Source: Chiloscyllium plagiosum
Lineage: Eukaryota
Assembly: GCF_004010195.1 (NCBI RefSeq)
Contig: NC_057721.1
Span: 60,952,156-61,016,155, forward strand
Length of the DNA stretch: 64,000 nt
Direction: 5' to 3'
Positions 1 to 11,620 of this stretch are shown one piece after another; within the stretch, counting starts at the first letter, position 1; the number at the start of each line of letters is the position of its first letter. The notes beneath the pieces are model-generated. The model searched no databases. It was not told the DNA's origin and saw only the letters and a program-made list of their open reading frames with translations. Position numbers and translations under genes: made by a program.

Positions 1-892
1 TGGCTTAGATTCCCCAGTGCAAAACATTTTAACAATGAGAGCAAATTGAATAGAAGAAAAAAAGAGTGCCTTCCTGTACTGGGGAGAGGGGTGGGTAATA
101 AATACCTGAGAGAAGTAAGTGTTTCAAAACCTGTGAGGGATGAAGGGGGGAAAAAACCTGCCTGCAAGATCTGGGTGGACAATATGAATAAATATATCTT
201 GTTGAGGAGAAGCATAGGAAGGAGGGCGATACAAATTCAATGGGAAACAGAGGATGACCAACTCCATGGATTACTGAGTGGGATGGGAAAAAGGAGAAGA
301 ACAATTCCATAATGTGCATTGCAATAGAACTAACAGTTCCTCATATTATTGCTTACACTGCACAGTGCAATTTCATACTGCTGATATCAATTTGGGAATT
401 TCAAACTTCAGGGTCACCAATACGTTTGGTCAGCTGATGTCCAGTAAGATTAATTACATCCATGTGGCACAGTGCATAGCATCCCTGCATCTAAGTGAGA
501 AGCTTTGAAACCAAATCCCACTCCATGGCTACAGAAGGTGTGTTCAAGACATGATCAAACAGGTTAAAAGTATCAGCCTGCAAATCTTTTCCTTTCAAGC
601 CAAGGGCAAACAGTAACAGCATGAAACACTATTGAATATCCAAGTGATGGAAAGAAAGTTGGACATTCTACCATTATAACCATAACTCCAGGTTGCAATT
701 TCAATGTTAAAGATGCATACATTGTTGCAGCAACTCATACCCCCTGAGCAAATTGTAAGAAAGTTTTAAACGTTCCCCTCCGACCTCTCACCATCCTTAC
801 ATGATAATGTGGAGGAGCCGGTGTTGGACCGGGGAGGACAAAGTTAAAAATCACACAACACCAGGTTATAGTCCAATAGGTTTATTTGAAAG

Positions 893-927
893 TACTAGCT
901 TTCCGAGTGCTGCTCCTTCATCAGGTA
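893..927 (-). ncRNA. Minimal hammerhead ribozyme-like motif (PLE family A)
   Basis: Minus strand: UAC-CUGAUGA-A-GGAG cagca CUCG-GAAA-GC-UA/GUA. Stem I UAC:GUA; base of stem II mismatched. Confidence 0.55.
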
Positions 928-3382
928 GCTGTAGAGCAGGATCATAAGACCTCGAATTTATAACAGTGTCATGCATGCAATTGATAACAATAATCTAGGT
1001 TTGTTTGATATATTGTAAGTCTTTCATCTTTTAGAATGGGTTGCAGGTTCCTTGCAGTAGCATTGTCATTCAGAATAGAACAGACTACTGCAAGGAAGTG
1101 TACCGACCACTGAGCAACCAGGAAAACTATAGACAACTACCGGCCAACCCAACCAAAGAATACACCCGTGAACAAAACAGATTAATCAAGACTTTTGATC
1201 CAGTTCTTCATAGTACCCTGTGCACTCTCATCCCACGTACTTCTCGTGCAGAGGACCCCTACTGCCTTCTGAAGACACACAAAGCTAACACACCTTGTTG
1301 CCCCATTGTGCCAGGCAATGGGACCCTGTGTGAGAACCTCTCTGGCTATGTCGACATCTTGAAACCCATTGTACAGAGGGCCCCCAGCTTCTACCATGAC
1401 AATACAGATTTCTTACAGAAACTCAGCACCACTCAGCACCCACAGACTAGTCGAACCAGGAACATTTCTCACCACAATGGATCTTTCGTCACTCTACACC
1501 AGCCTACCCGATGATAACAGCATCGTGGCAACAGCCTCAGTGCTCAATACCAAGAACTGCCGATCTCTGAGCATCATCCTACAACTCAACGGCTTCACAA
1601 TGTTTTCACCTTTGACAACCAGTTCTTCATCCAAACATACGGAACTGCCATAAGAACCAAATTTGCGCCCCTGCAGGCCAACATTTTCATGCACAAGTTC
1701 GAGCAAGACTTCTTTACTGCACAGGACCTCCAACTAGCGCTGTACACCAGCTATATTGATGACATTTTTTTCCTCTGGACCAATAGTGAGGAATCACTGA
1801 AACAACTACAGAGTGAAATCAACAGGTTTCATCCTACCATCAGACTTACCATGGACTACTCTTCAGTGTATGTTTCATTCTTGGACAGATGCATCTCCAT
1901 CAAGGACGGGCACCTCAGTATCTTTCTCTACTGCAAGCCCACTGATAACAGCATGATGCTACACTTCTCTAGCTTTCACGCTCAATGTATTAAAACAGCC
2001 ATCCCCTATGGACAAGCTCTACACATACACATGATCTGTTCAGATGAGGAGGATCGCAACACACACCTAAAGGTGCTGAAGGATGCTCTCATAAGGACAG
2101 AGTACGTGTTCAATTTATCGATCGCCAGTTCTGACATGCCACAGCAAGAAATCATAATGACCTCCTCAGGGACAAACACGGGATGCGACCGATAGAGTAC
2201 CCTTCGTTGTCTTGTACTTCCTGGGAGCAGAGAAACTACACCATGTTATTCACAGCCTGCAACACATTATTGAGCACCTCACCAAGACCTCACCTACACC
2301 TCTATTTCTCATCTTTAAACACCCATCAAACATTAAACACACCATTATTCGCAGCAATCTGCCCAGCCTTCAGGACAGCATCAACCAAAACACCTTGCAA
2401 CACTGTCAAGGCAGTCACTGCGAGGCATGTCGACACAGATACCACCATTACGTGGGGACACCATCCACCATCTACACAGCAGGTACTCATGTAAGTCAGC
2501 CAAGTAGATGCTACAACAACGGATGAATGGACACTGCGCTGCCATCACCAGAAAGGGGTGTTCCCTCCCAGTCGGGGAACACTTCAGCGGTCAGAGGCAC
2601 TCGGCCTCGGATCTTCGGGTGACTGTTCTCCAAGGTGAACTTCAGGATACACAACAACACAGAGTGACCGAGCAGAGGCTGATAGCCAAGTCTGGCACCC
2701 ATGAGGATGGCCTCAACCAGGACCTTGGGTTCATGTCACACTACAAGTGACCCCATACACTATACACTCTCACACACACACTCATACACATGCACATTCT
2801 TACATACTTATGCAGACCATCCTTCATATACACACACACTCTCTCAGACACACAAACCCATGAGGCACGCACACACGCAAAATCAACAAACTCACACACA
2901 GACACACTCTATCTCTCCTTCACATATGCGCATGCACACACACAAACTCACCCCATAGGCTTGTGTGTATGTGCATTTGCAGAATTGTAATTGCAGATAC
3001 ATTCTATTTTGTTCAAAAGGCACACAGTATGCAGGCAGTCAATCCTTGTAATATTTATTATAATATTTATTAAATAACTACTTTGGAAATAAAACCAGTC
3101 TGACCCAACATTGGGAAACCGACAGACTAATCTCACACCTTTAGTGCATAGTCTGAGCTGAGATGTCACCTTTTTTTTTAATAACACTTCAAGTTATCTC
3201 GAGAATGTGATTTGAAAGAAGTGCTGGAATTTACATATTAATGAACCGAAACCTGCAACCAATTCTAAAAGTTGAAAAGTTTAACAGCAATCTGGGTTTG
3301 TTCAATATATTGTATCAATTGCATGTGTGACACTGTGATCTTGTGCTATAACATCGGTGTCTTAGGACTCTGCTCCACAGCC

Positions 3383-3415
3383 ACCTGACGAAGGAGCAGC
3401 ACTCTGAAAGCTAGT
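3383..3415 (+). ncRNA. Minimal hammerhead ribozyme-like motif (PLE family A)
   Basis: AC-CUGACGA-A-GGAG cagca CUCU-GAAA-GC-UA/GU. Confidence 0.55.
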
Positions 3416-3738
3416 ACTTCCATATAAACCTGTTGGACTATAGCCTGATGTTGTGTGATTTTTAACTCGGAAACATATTACCAATCCTCCCTGTCGCTGG
3501 ATACAAGTACTGAAATTGCATTTAGGGTCTACCTACAGCACATGGTCTGCAGCAACTCCAGAAGGCTGCACACCATCATCTTCTAAGTCACTTCTTGTAT
3601 CTAAATGTAAACCTCAATGGCATTGTGGAACGGCCAATAAATATTGACCAGCCAGCGACGCCCATGCTCGGTCAGTGAAAAAAAAAGACCACGAGGAAAA
3701 CATATTAAGTACTCCACAATGTATTAATTTCACAATGT

Positions 3739-3956
3739 CAAGAGTGTGGTGCAGGTCAGGCAGCATCTGAGGAGCAAGAAGATCGACATTTTGGGCATGA
3801 GCCCTTCATCAGACTTATGCCTGAAACGTCGATTCTCCTGCTCCTCGGAAGCTGCCTGACCTGCTGTGCTTTTCCAGCACCACACTCTTCTGTGCTTTTC
3901 CAGCACCACACTCTTGACTCTGATCTCCAGCATCTGTAGTCCTCACTTTCTCCTCG
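3739..3956. mobile_element. Short PLE terminal-repeat fold-back insertion
   Basis: Minus then plus copies of the CCCGAAACGTCGATT..GATGCTGCCTGACCTGC tail, with an internal tandem duplication of about 27 bp. Flanked by tttcac(a/a)atgt / tttcacactgt (3728-3738, 3957-3967). Confidence 0.7.
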
Positions 3957-4399
3957 TTTCACACTGTGTTAGGAAACTAATTCTCACAGCTGGATTTCTC
4001 TTTACCACTTGACTCTGACAGTGTGTCATTCTTCATGGAATTCAGTTGAAATTTCACCCATCTATTCTCAGATGCACTGTTGAGCACAATGTGTGACAAA
4101 TCATGCTTTTTTTGCACCTTCATGAATTTCACTGATTTGATTTCATGTCATTTGCTTTTAATCATTGCTTTGCTTTGCAGTGTCAGGAACAATCCAAAAC
4201 ACCATTGACAATTCACTCTGCTACTACTTTCTGTGGAAGTCTTTACCAGTTGCTTGTCTCCAAACTAGTGAACTGTAAGACAATTATAAACAGTGAATTG
4301 AAAGAAAAAAAGTGATTTTTTTAAAAACTACAAATACTGCAAAAGTACAAGTCAATGTGCATTTGCAAAGATTTCAACTTATGGACAAAAGGGCTTCCA

Positions 4400-4725
4400 T
4401 AGAATCCCTACAGTGTGGAAACAGGCCCTTCAGCCCAACAAGTTCATACCAAACCTCCAAAGAATAACCCACCCAGACCCATTCCCCTACCTTATTACTC
4501 TGCATTTACCCCTAACTAATGCACCTAATCTACACATCCCTGAATACTATGGGCAATTTAGCATGGCCAATTCACCTAAACCTGCGCATCTTTGGATTGT
4601 GAGAGGAAAGTCATGCAGACACAGGGAGAATATGCAAACTCCATATAGAGTGTTACCCAAGGTGGGAATTGAACCTGCAGGTCCCTGGTGCTGTGAGGCA
4701 GCAGTGCTAACCACTGAGCCATCTG
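4400..4725 (-). mobile_element. HE1-type tRNA-derived V-SINE
   Basis: Reverse complement of GGCTCAGTGGTTAGCACTGCTGCCTCACAGC..GGAGTTTGCA..CCTGTTTCCACACTGTAGGGATTCTA. Confidence 0.85.
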
Positions 4726-5601
4726 CTTCAGAATTAGTGATAGTGGACAAGGCACCTCAAACAGTTAACCATTATTATGCTTTATGCAGCAACAATTTGC
4801 TTGCAGTATAACAGTATTACCAGTATAACAGTTCAGAAAGAAGAACATTTCAGCAAATACATTAGAAACCTAAAGCTAGCTTTAAAGGTTATTTATTCAA
4901 AGTTGAGCATACTGTACAAGATTGTAATACATTCATGGATAGAGTAGAGAATATTAGGACAGATGATAGATGTGTACAGTCCCAGATAATATGATGAGAG
5001 CTTGCAATTGTAAGGAAGACCACTACATAAAGATTCTAAATACTTTTGAATGTTATTTCCTTAGAAGCCCCAATTCCTCGTCCAGTTAATCCCAAAATTG
5101 GTCAAATATTTTAGGGCACATCCCCTCTGGAAGAAGGGAGGTTGAGAGTGGAGAGACAGCGGGTACTCCAGAAGCAAGGGTCCAAAGAGCTGACTAAGGC
5201 ACGTTATTTAAATAAAGCGAAGAGGCCAGAATAGGAGTTGCACAGTAAAGCTGTGCCATCAGAGCATGTTCCGGACCCTGGAACTAACCCACATCAGTCC
5301 TCCCTACACTTTCAAAACTCACAGATTAAATAGCGGATAAAACAAACTTTCACATTAACAAACATTCGCAGTACCCAGAAAACCTTCCGATTGAGAAATA
5401 ACTGAGACCATCGCTGTCTGTTTAATTAGGTTAAACAATCAGTTTACGGTATGAGATAAAAGTTTGTAATTGAGACGATACATCTTGTGGGTGTGAACAT
5501 GAACAATCACAAAGCCCACTCAGTGACACAGCGCTCAGCGTGATCTCTTTAGTAGCCCGGGACATGGCACACTAACAGAAATATTGAATGGAGACACTTA
5601 C

Positions 5602-5734
5602 ACTTGTTCGCTTTAAGACCTTCAAAAGAAATGTCCAATTCGTAATATTCATATTCGTACTCATAAATCTGACCGTTCATCAACGACTCCTCGGAAGAGT
5701 TTTTGGACCCTGCCAGGGCTCTAATCTCGGTCAT
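5602..5734 (-). CDS. MRAP: Melanocortin-2 receptor accessory protein (MRAP1), first coding exon
   Basis: Translation MTEIRALAGSKNSSEESLMNGQIYEYEYEYYELDISFEGLKANK contains the MRAP-family YEYY...LKA(N/H)K motif and an N-S-S sequon. Kozak context accATG. Phase-1 donor AAG T|GTAAGT at 5602/5601, where the expected next residues are Y-SIVI (TM exon). Divergent to MIS18A as MRAP1 is in mammals. TM exon not found in the window. Confidence 0.88.
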
Positions 5735-6201
5735 GGTGATATCCAGGCTCTAACAGAGAGAGTACACCGACCGCCGACCAGACACACCATCCAGCGAGAG
5801 GAGTCTGTCCCAGTTCAGCTGCTGCTGCTGCTGGTGGTCACTGTAACTGAGTCAGGCACCGTGCCTGAAATCCCTGTTAGACTGGAAACTCCCTCTGCTG
5901 GCCAGCTCTCACTTTACAATGTTCAATCAGATACATCACGGAATTAACCCAGAGAAAAGTGACAGCGCGAGAAGGGGCCATCCAGCCCATCATTTTACTC
6001 CTGTTGATTAAACGGGCAGCCCGTTCTAATCACACTTTCCAGCACCTGGTCCGTACGGTCTCATGTTATAGCGCTTAGTGTTTTTTTCAAAGACATTTTG
6101 AATGTACGTCACACCTCTCTGACTAGGTTAAAAAATCACACAAGTTGAAACTTTATTGCTGGAACAGCACAGCAGGTCAGGCAGCATCCAGGGAACAGGA
6201 G

Positions 6202-6237
6202 ATTCGACGTTTCGGGCACAGGCCCTTCTTCAGGAAT
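6202..6237 (-). ncRNA. Minimal type-I hammerhead ribozyme (PLE family B), intact core
   Basis: Minus strand: AUUC-CUGAAGA-A-GGGC cugu GCCC-GAAA-CG-UC/GAAU. Confidence 0.7.
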
Positions 6238-6978
6238 GAGCAGAGAGTGTTCAGCAGGAGAAGATAAAAGGTAGGGAGGAGGGACCTGGAGGAGGGGAGT
6301 TGGAAACGCGATAGGTGGAAAGAGGTCAAGGTGAAGGTGATAGGTCGGAGTAGGATGGAGGCGGAGAGGTCAAGAAGAAGACTGCAGGTCAGGAAGGCGG
6401 CGCCGGGCTGGAAGGATCCGGCTGAGACAAGGTGGGGGGAGGGGGGATGAAGAAACTGGTGAAGTCCAAGTTCATCCCCTGCGGGTGGAGGGTTCCCAGT
6501 CGGAAGATAAGACGCTCCTCCTCCGACCGTCGCGTTGTTGTGGATTGGCGGTGGATGAGTCCAATGACCTACATATCCTCGGTGGAGTGGGAGGGGGAGT
6601 TGAAATGCCCCTCCCCCTTCCCCTCCCACTCCACCGAGGATATGCAGGTCATTGGACTCATCCACCGCCAAACCACAACAACCCGACGGTCGGAGGAGGA
6701 GCGTCTTATCTTCCGACTGGGAACCCTCCAACCACAGGGGAAGAACTTGGACTTCACCAGTTTCTTCATCCCCCCTCCCCCCAACTTGTCTCAGCCGAAT
6801 CCCTCCAGCCCGGCACCGCCTTCCTGACCTGCAGTCTTCTTCTTGACCTCCCCGCCTCCATCCTACTCCGACCTATCACCCTCACCTTGACCTCTTTCCA
6901 CCTATCACATTTCCAACGCCCCTCCTCCAAGTCCCTCCTCCCTACCTTTTATCTTCTCCTGCTGAACACTCTCTGCTC

Positions 6979-7014
6979 ATTCCTGAAGAAGGGCATGTGC
7001 CCGAAACGTCGAAT
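6979..7014 (+). ncRNA. Minimal type-I hammerhead ribozyme (PLE family B), intact core
   Basis: AUUC-CUGAAGA-A-GGGC augu GCCC-GAAA-CG-UC/GAAU. Stem I AUUC:GAAU, stem II GGGC:GCCC, palindromic ACGU in place of stem III. Predicted cleavage after 7010. Confidence 0.7.
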
Positions 7015-7119
7015 CTTCTGTTCCCTAGATGCTGCCTGACCTGCTGTGCAGTTCCAGCAATAAAGTTTCAGCTTTGACCTCCAGCGTCTGCAGACCTCAC
7101 TTTCTCCACAACTTGTTGA

Positions 7120-7470
7120 GGCCAAACCTAGGGTAGTGCCTACAATTTTGGACTCTACAATTAAGAAAGGATATATTGGCAGAGGATGCAGTACAAGAGA
7201 GATTCATTTGGCTGATTCGCAGGATGAGGAGGTTGACTTACCAAGAACAGTTAAATAGTTTAGGCATTTTCTATTTTAGAAGAGCTTAAAAGAGGTTACT
7301 CTTATTGTAACATACAAGATTCTGAGGGAGACTGACAGAATAGATGTTGAGAAGATACTTCCACTTGTGAGGAATCTTGAAATAGGAGACAGTTACAGAG
7401 TAAGAGGACACTTCTTTAAAACTGAGGAACAATGGATCGTGAAAAATAGAATTCTTCACACCAGACAGTT
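7120..7470 (+). mobile_element. Old CR1 LINE 3' fragment
   Basis: Degenerate CR1 ORF2 C-terminus (aaggatatattggc..gaaacatacaagattctgaggg-like). Confidence 0.6.
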
Positions 7471-7699
7471 TTAATTGATGAGGTTTTTAATTAAATGGAT
7501 TTATTGCAAGGTGAGGTAATATGTAATATACAAACTTTGTTAGCATACCAAGATTTTAATATATCAAAACAATGTACTGAGTTGTCAAGCATCCTTTATC
7601 GAGTTTCAGAATTCCATCTGAAACCCTTGCAAAAATCAATATAGTACAATTATCTCGAAAATGGTGCACAAAGATATCAGCAGTCCTACCTCAATTTCA

Positions 7700-8125
7700 A
7701 GGCTGTTGATAGTTTAAATCCCACTTCAGGTATTGAGAAAAAAAACAAAGTGACATACCAGTGTAGTACTGAGAGAGTGCTACACTATCAAGGTGTCAAT
7801 TTTCAAAGCGTTGTTAAAACAAGGACCCATCGGAGTGTCATCAAACTGAGAGGAAATCCCATGGTACAAATTCCAAGAGTAGCAGAATTATTCCTGCTGC
7901 TCTGTCCAATATTTATCCTTCAATCAGTGCCACTAAAATCAAATTATACTTTCAAGAATCATTTCTACATTTTGTGCCATCAGATGTACACTCTACCAGC
8001 ACTAATCAAAATTGAAATACTGTTGTTCGCAGGAGTTTACCATGGTGTCTTTTTGTAACAGAGACTACATTTTAAAAGCTCTTCTTCAGATGTAAAATGC
8101 TTTGGGCATCCTAGATAATGTAGAA
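7700..8125 (+). mobile_element. Deu-domain SINE (SacSINE1/AmnSINE1-like)
   Basis: cagtgtagtactgagagagtgct..atcccatgg..ccaatatttatccttcaa..tgtaaaatgctttggg resembles the DeuSINE consensus as recalled. Confidence 0.65.
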
Positions 8126-8870
8126 AGTAGCTAAGTGAGCCATTCAATCCATCGACCCAGTGATGCAATTTAACATGAATACGGCTGATTCTCTGCTGCA
8201 ACGCTATACTCCCATTCTCTCTTGACAACCTTTGATGTCTTTTGTTTATAAAATGCCTTTTTTGACTGTGGTTGTGAAAGACACTACATAGACGTAATGT
8301 TTTTTGTTTTAAAATTGATCAAGGATTCTAAACAAAACATGATGCTTTTTATAAATTTACCATGTTGATTTGAGAGAGAAAATGAAAGAAAACAGTATAT
8401 TTTCATTAATACTTTTCTTTTAAAGATGAGCCAATCCACAATACTCTGCATATAATTGAGTGACATATAATTCTGGATTTCTCAAACATATTGACAGCAG
8501 AGCTTGCTATTTAATTGTACTCTCAATCATCATTTCTATAATTTGCAAGTTCAGAAATGTGTTTTAACAGCACTAATCAAAAGCTAAACACTTCATGTGT
8601 TGATCTGGTTCTTGTCTTTAACACTTAGCATGATAAACACATTTCTTACAGCAATGGTTTCTTTTCATTTACAGAACGCTCTGAATGCAACAGATGAGTA
8701 TAACAGTGATCGCTCCATCATAGGTACTCCTACATGACTCACATGATCTTTTCCTATGCGCACAGTAATAAAATTAAAAATAGTTCTCATTATTAGAATT
8801 TAAAAGCTGCAGCCTCCCTGCCTTCACAGATAGATCAAATATTTTATAAAAACTACCATATCTAAATTAC

Positions 8871-9548
8871 ATGATGGAGATCGCTATACAAAATGTATCT
8901 TCCACATCTGCAATTGTGACGTGGTCTTCAACTGTTAACTGTGCTGAGAATTTTTACAGCATCATGTACCATCCAAACTGGAATACTCTACTGTCTGGAT
9001 ACCCAAGGAAAAATTTTCAGAAAGAAGAAAAAGTGCCAATCAGTCAGAATTGGCTGGCAATTGAGAAGCTGACTCCGCTGACCATGTACATCTTGTGCAT
9101 CACCTGCCAGCCAGCCAATCCTACCAATGAGCAATGTACAATTTTTAGTACGGCACCCCAAAATGCTGCTGCAGTTACCAGCAGGAAGAAAGACCTTGCT
9201 CTGGGAATATGGTTGACAAGCAGCATTCTTCTCCTTATCATTGCTGGTATACTATTATATGGCTGCCTCCACATTTGGTGTTGCAAGAGACGAGAACACC
9301 CTGAAGGCTTGAGTATGAGCTCTGATCATGCAGGAACACAAGCTTGGAAGACACAAGTGATGGAAACAGCACTTGAAGATAACTTAGATATGCCCTGCAA
9401 TGTTATTCTCAGTGCTGATAGCAGAACAAGAGAGAATTCTCAGCTGAACGCTATAACTGAAAACCCTTTCACTTCAAAAAATGCATTACCACTTCGCACA
9501 CAAGCTGAGAAATTATCTGCAAGCAGCAGTAATGAAAATAATGGATGA
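8871..9548 (+). CDS. FNDC9: Fibronectin type III domain-containing protein 9-like, single coding exon (FN3, TM helix, cytoplasmic tail)
   Basis: Intact 225-aa ORF. MEIAIQNVSSTSAIVTWSS..FYSIMYHPNWNTLLSGY..EEKVP..LTPLTMYILCITC matches the FNDC9 pattern as recalled (MNIEVGNISYTGAIISWSS..YHIMYRPNWNSIFSGY..EEKVP). Hydrophobic LALGIWLTSSILLLIIAGILLYGCLHIW is followed by CCKRR. Candidate upstream acceptors end at 8673 and 8829. Orthologue versus paralogue is unresolved. Confidence 0.85.
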   Translation: MMEIAIQNVSSTSAIVTWSSTVNCAENFYSIMYHPNWNTLLSGYPRKNFQKEEKVPISQNWLAIEKLTPLTMYILCITCQPANPTNEQCTIFSTAPQNAAAVTSRKKDLALGIWLTSSILLLIIAGILLYGCLHIWCCKRREHPEGLSMSSDHAGTQAWKTQVMETALEDNLDMPCNVILSADSRTRENSQLNAITENPFTSKNALPLRTQAEKLSASSSNENNG

Positions 9549-9961
9549 TAATCAACATCATGGTAATTAAACAGCAAATATCTCTGACCAATTAAAGTAT
9601 TGGAATTTCTGAATAATTGCAATTTTGGTAGTCTGGTCATAGTATCCTTTGTCGGGTGGATTATTTTAGATCAAAATGCTTTTTGGTTGGCTGTCTTTTC
9701 CAGTTTATGGTAATTTTGAATTGGTTTTAATGCAAAAGCCAGAAATGTTCACATTTTCTTTTGGCAATTTACATGTAATTTTATCAAATGCTTATGGTGT
9801 TTACATTGTGAATTGGCAGAATTGAAACAGATGTGGAATCTTACCTTTTATTTCTGTGTTTAAATTGGTTTAATTTGCGTGCAGCAATTTCATCCTATTG
9901 TATTATTTCCCTGAAGCTAGATGCTAGTATGTTAAACTGTGAACACCAATATTAACATAAA

Positions 9962-9967
9962 AATAAA
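9962..9967 (+). terminator. Candidate polyadenylation signal of the FNDC9-like gene
   Basis: AATAAA about 415 nt after the stop, at the end of a repeat-free AT-rich 3' region. Confidence 0.5.
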
Positions 9968-10122
9968 GCAAATGTGTAAAGAGTATCAGTTTGTGGCCCA
10001 TTATATACATTATCCAAGTTTGAAATTTAAAAAAGGGAAGTGAGACATTTTATTAAAGGGCAATCACAACATTGAAGTAACATAGTCACTAATTTATAAA
10101 TAAGGAATGATGTCAAATTTTC

Positions 10123-10197
10123 TGCCCGAAACGTCGAATCTCCTGTTCCCTGGATGCTGCCTGACCTGCTGTGCTGTTCCAGCAATAAAGTTTCAAC
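10123..10197 (+). mobile_element. Short PLE terminal-repeat tail, 5' end within the hammerhead motif
   Basis: TGCCCGAAACGTCGAATCTCCTGTTCCCTGGATGCTGCCTGACC..CCAGCAATAAAGTTTCAAC matches the end of the 6144 arm. Confidence 0.75.
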
Positions 10198-11329
10198 TGA
10201 ATACAATCTGTTCCCTATCAGTTACTAAAGGGACATACTGTTTGATTTGATCAGCCAATTATTGGAACTGATATACACCAGCACTGAAATTGATACACAA
10301 TGTCGCTCAACTGTGTCATAGGCAGAATGAATTTTGGACTGTTAGTAGAAAATGCCATTCATTACACCACTGCATAGAGGAGCCCTGTTTAAACTGTTGC
10401 CCAAATTTTTGAAATACTTTATCTTTCCAGGGTAATGTGAGGAAGAGCAGGCACTTTTCAAACCCAAAGGTGGCAGCCTTTGGCTTTTTTCTGAGTTTGC
10501 ACGATATACAGTGAGCAATAGTGATGATCCATTATCCCTCAGGATAGCTTTGATATGTTCTACTACTGCAGCAAAATTGCAGGATGAGCAAATGGCTATG
10601 TCCTATTTGCAAGATTGCTGATGAAACCAATCTTATAGCATGTGGAACTATACACACCCTCATGTGTACAGTGACTGATGAAGTTTGGCTTATGGTAGGC
10701 AACAGTGTGGAACCCATGGGCAGATTTCCTAACTAGCACATGTAGGAAATAAAAGTGGAATCTTTAATCTAATTGGCTTCCTTCAGATTCAGGTGATGCC
10801 AGCAACCTGTGTCCAGTTTTAATGACTGTACGCATGCCCAAATAAATGCTGTAGTCATAGGATTGCTCCTAAATCCACCACTCACAGACATTTTGGGTCA
10901 ATCTCCATGAACAATATGTTCTTAATGGAGTAAGTCCTCACCTCCTACCTCCCGTATATTTCCAGTACGTTGTTGACATATGTACAATCTTTAAACATGC
11001 ATTCACATATAAAAAATTTCTTATATATTTTAATATACTTTATACTGTGTTCACATTCACTTTAAGATGAAACAGATTCATTTAAATAATTGTTTTTAAA
11101 CTCACCAGTTACAGAATTGGATGTGAAGTTATGCATTGGGATTATTAGTCTAGAGATACAGCCAGTATATAAAAGACAAGACTCAAAACATTAACTCTTT
11201 TTCTCTCTCCATATCTTGCTATTTGACCTGCTAACGTGGTCCAGTATTTTCTGTTTTTATTTCAGAATTTCAGTCTCTGCAGTATTTTGTTTTTATACCA
11301 CCATGATACTGTTCCTTTACAGTCAATAA

Positions 11330-11620
11330 GGTATTTTCCAGGTGTAGTCAACATTGTGAATGCAAGAAAAATAGCAGCCAATTTGCTCATGGATACATCC
11401 TACAAAATGCTAATAAAATAGAATCTGGTTTTAGACATTGTTTGGAGGGATGGGAGAGTTAAATGTTCGGCAAAAGTCCTCCAGTCTTTTTCAAAACAGT
11501 CTATCAGATGTCACCTCTGATTGTGTAATACATTGGACATTTCAGCCAAATATATGTGCACAAGTTCCAAAAATGGAACTTGAAACTTTCTGAATCAGAG
11601 ATAAGTGTGTTGAACTTTGA
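11330..11620 (-). mobile_element. Degenerate Deu-domain SINE
   Basis: tgtagtca..gcagccaatttgc..tcttttcaaaacag resembles the reverse complement of the DeuSINE core. Confidence 0.4.

Larger units (their letters stand above)
808..3467 (+). mobile_element. Penelope-like element (PLE), decayed RT + GIY-YIG, with inverted terminal-repeat copy at the 5' end
   Basis: Frameshifted ORFs 1041-2750: TMDLSSLYTSLP, YIDDIFFLW, TAIPYGQALHIHMICS, GEHFSGQRHSASDLRVTVLQG. 843-1050 is an inverted copy of 3250-3467. CA-rich tract at 2755-2955. Confidence 0.85.
6144..7107. mobile_element. PLE 3' fragments in inverted (fold-back) arrangement
   Basis: 6144-~6600 (-) and ~6612-7072 (+) are near-identical inverted arms. 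GIY-YIG C-terminus SHSTEDMQVIGL..EEERLIFRLGTLQPQG is present in both (see the mirrored 184-aa ORFs). Confidence 0.9.

Noticed and set aside
29-508. Short ORFs, considered as the MRAP TM exon
   Set aside because: No SIVIAFW-like sequence or matching acceptor found
4190-4225. Minus-strand ..MVFWIV.. as possible MRAP exon 2
   Set aside because: No phase-compatible Y-S-I-V-I start and no TM-length hydrophobic run
6177-7039. Mirrored 184-aa ORFs on opposite strands
   Set aside because: By-product of the PLE fold-back; not host genes
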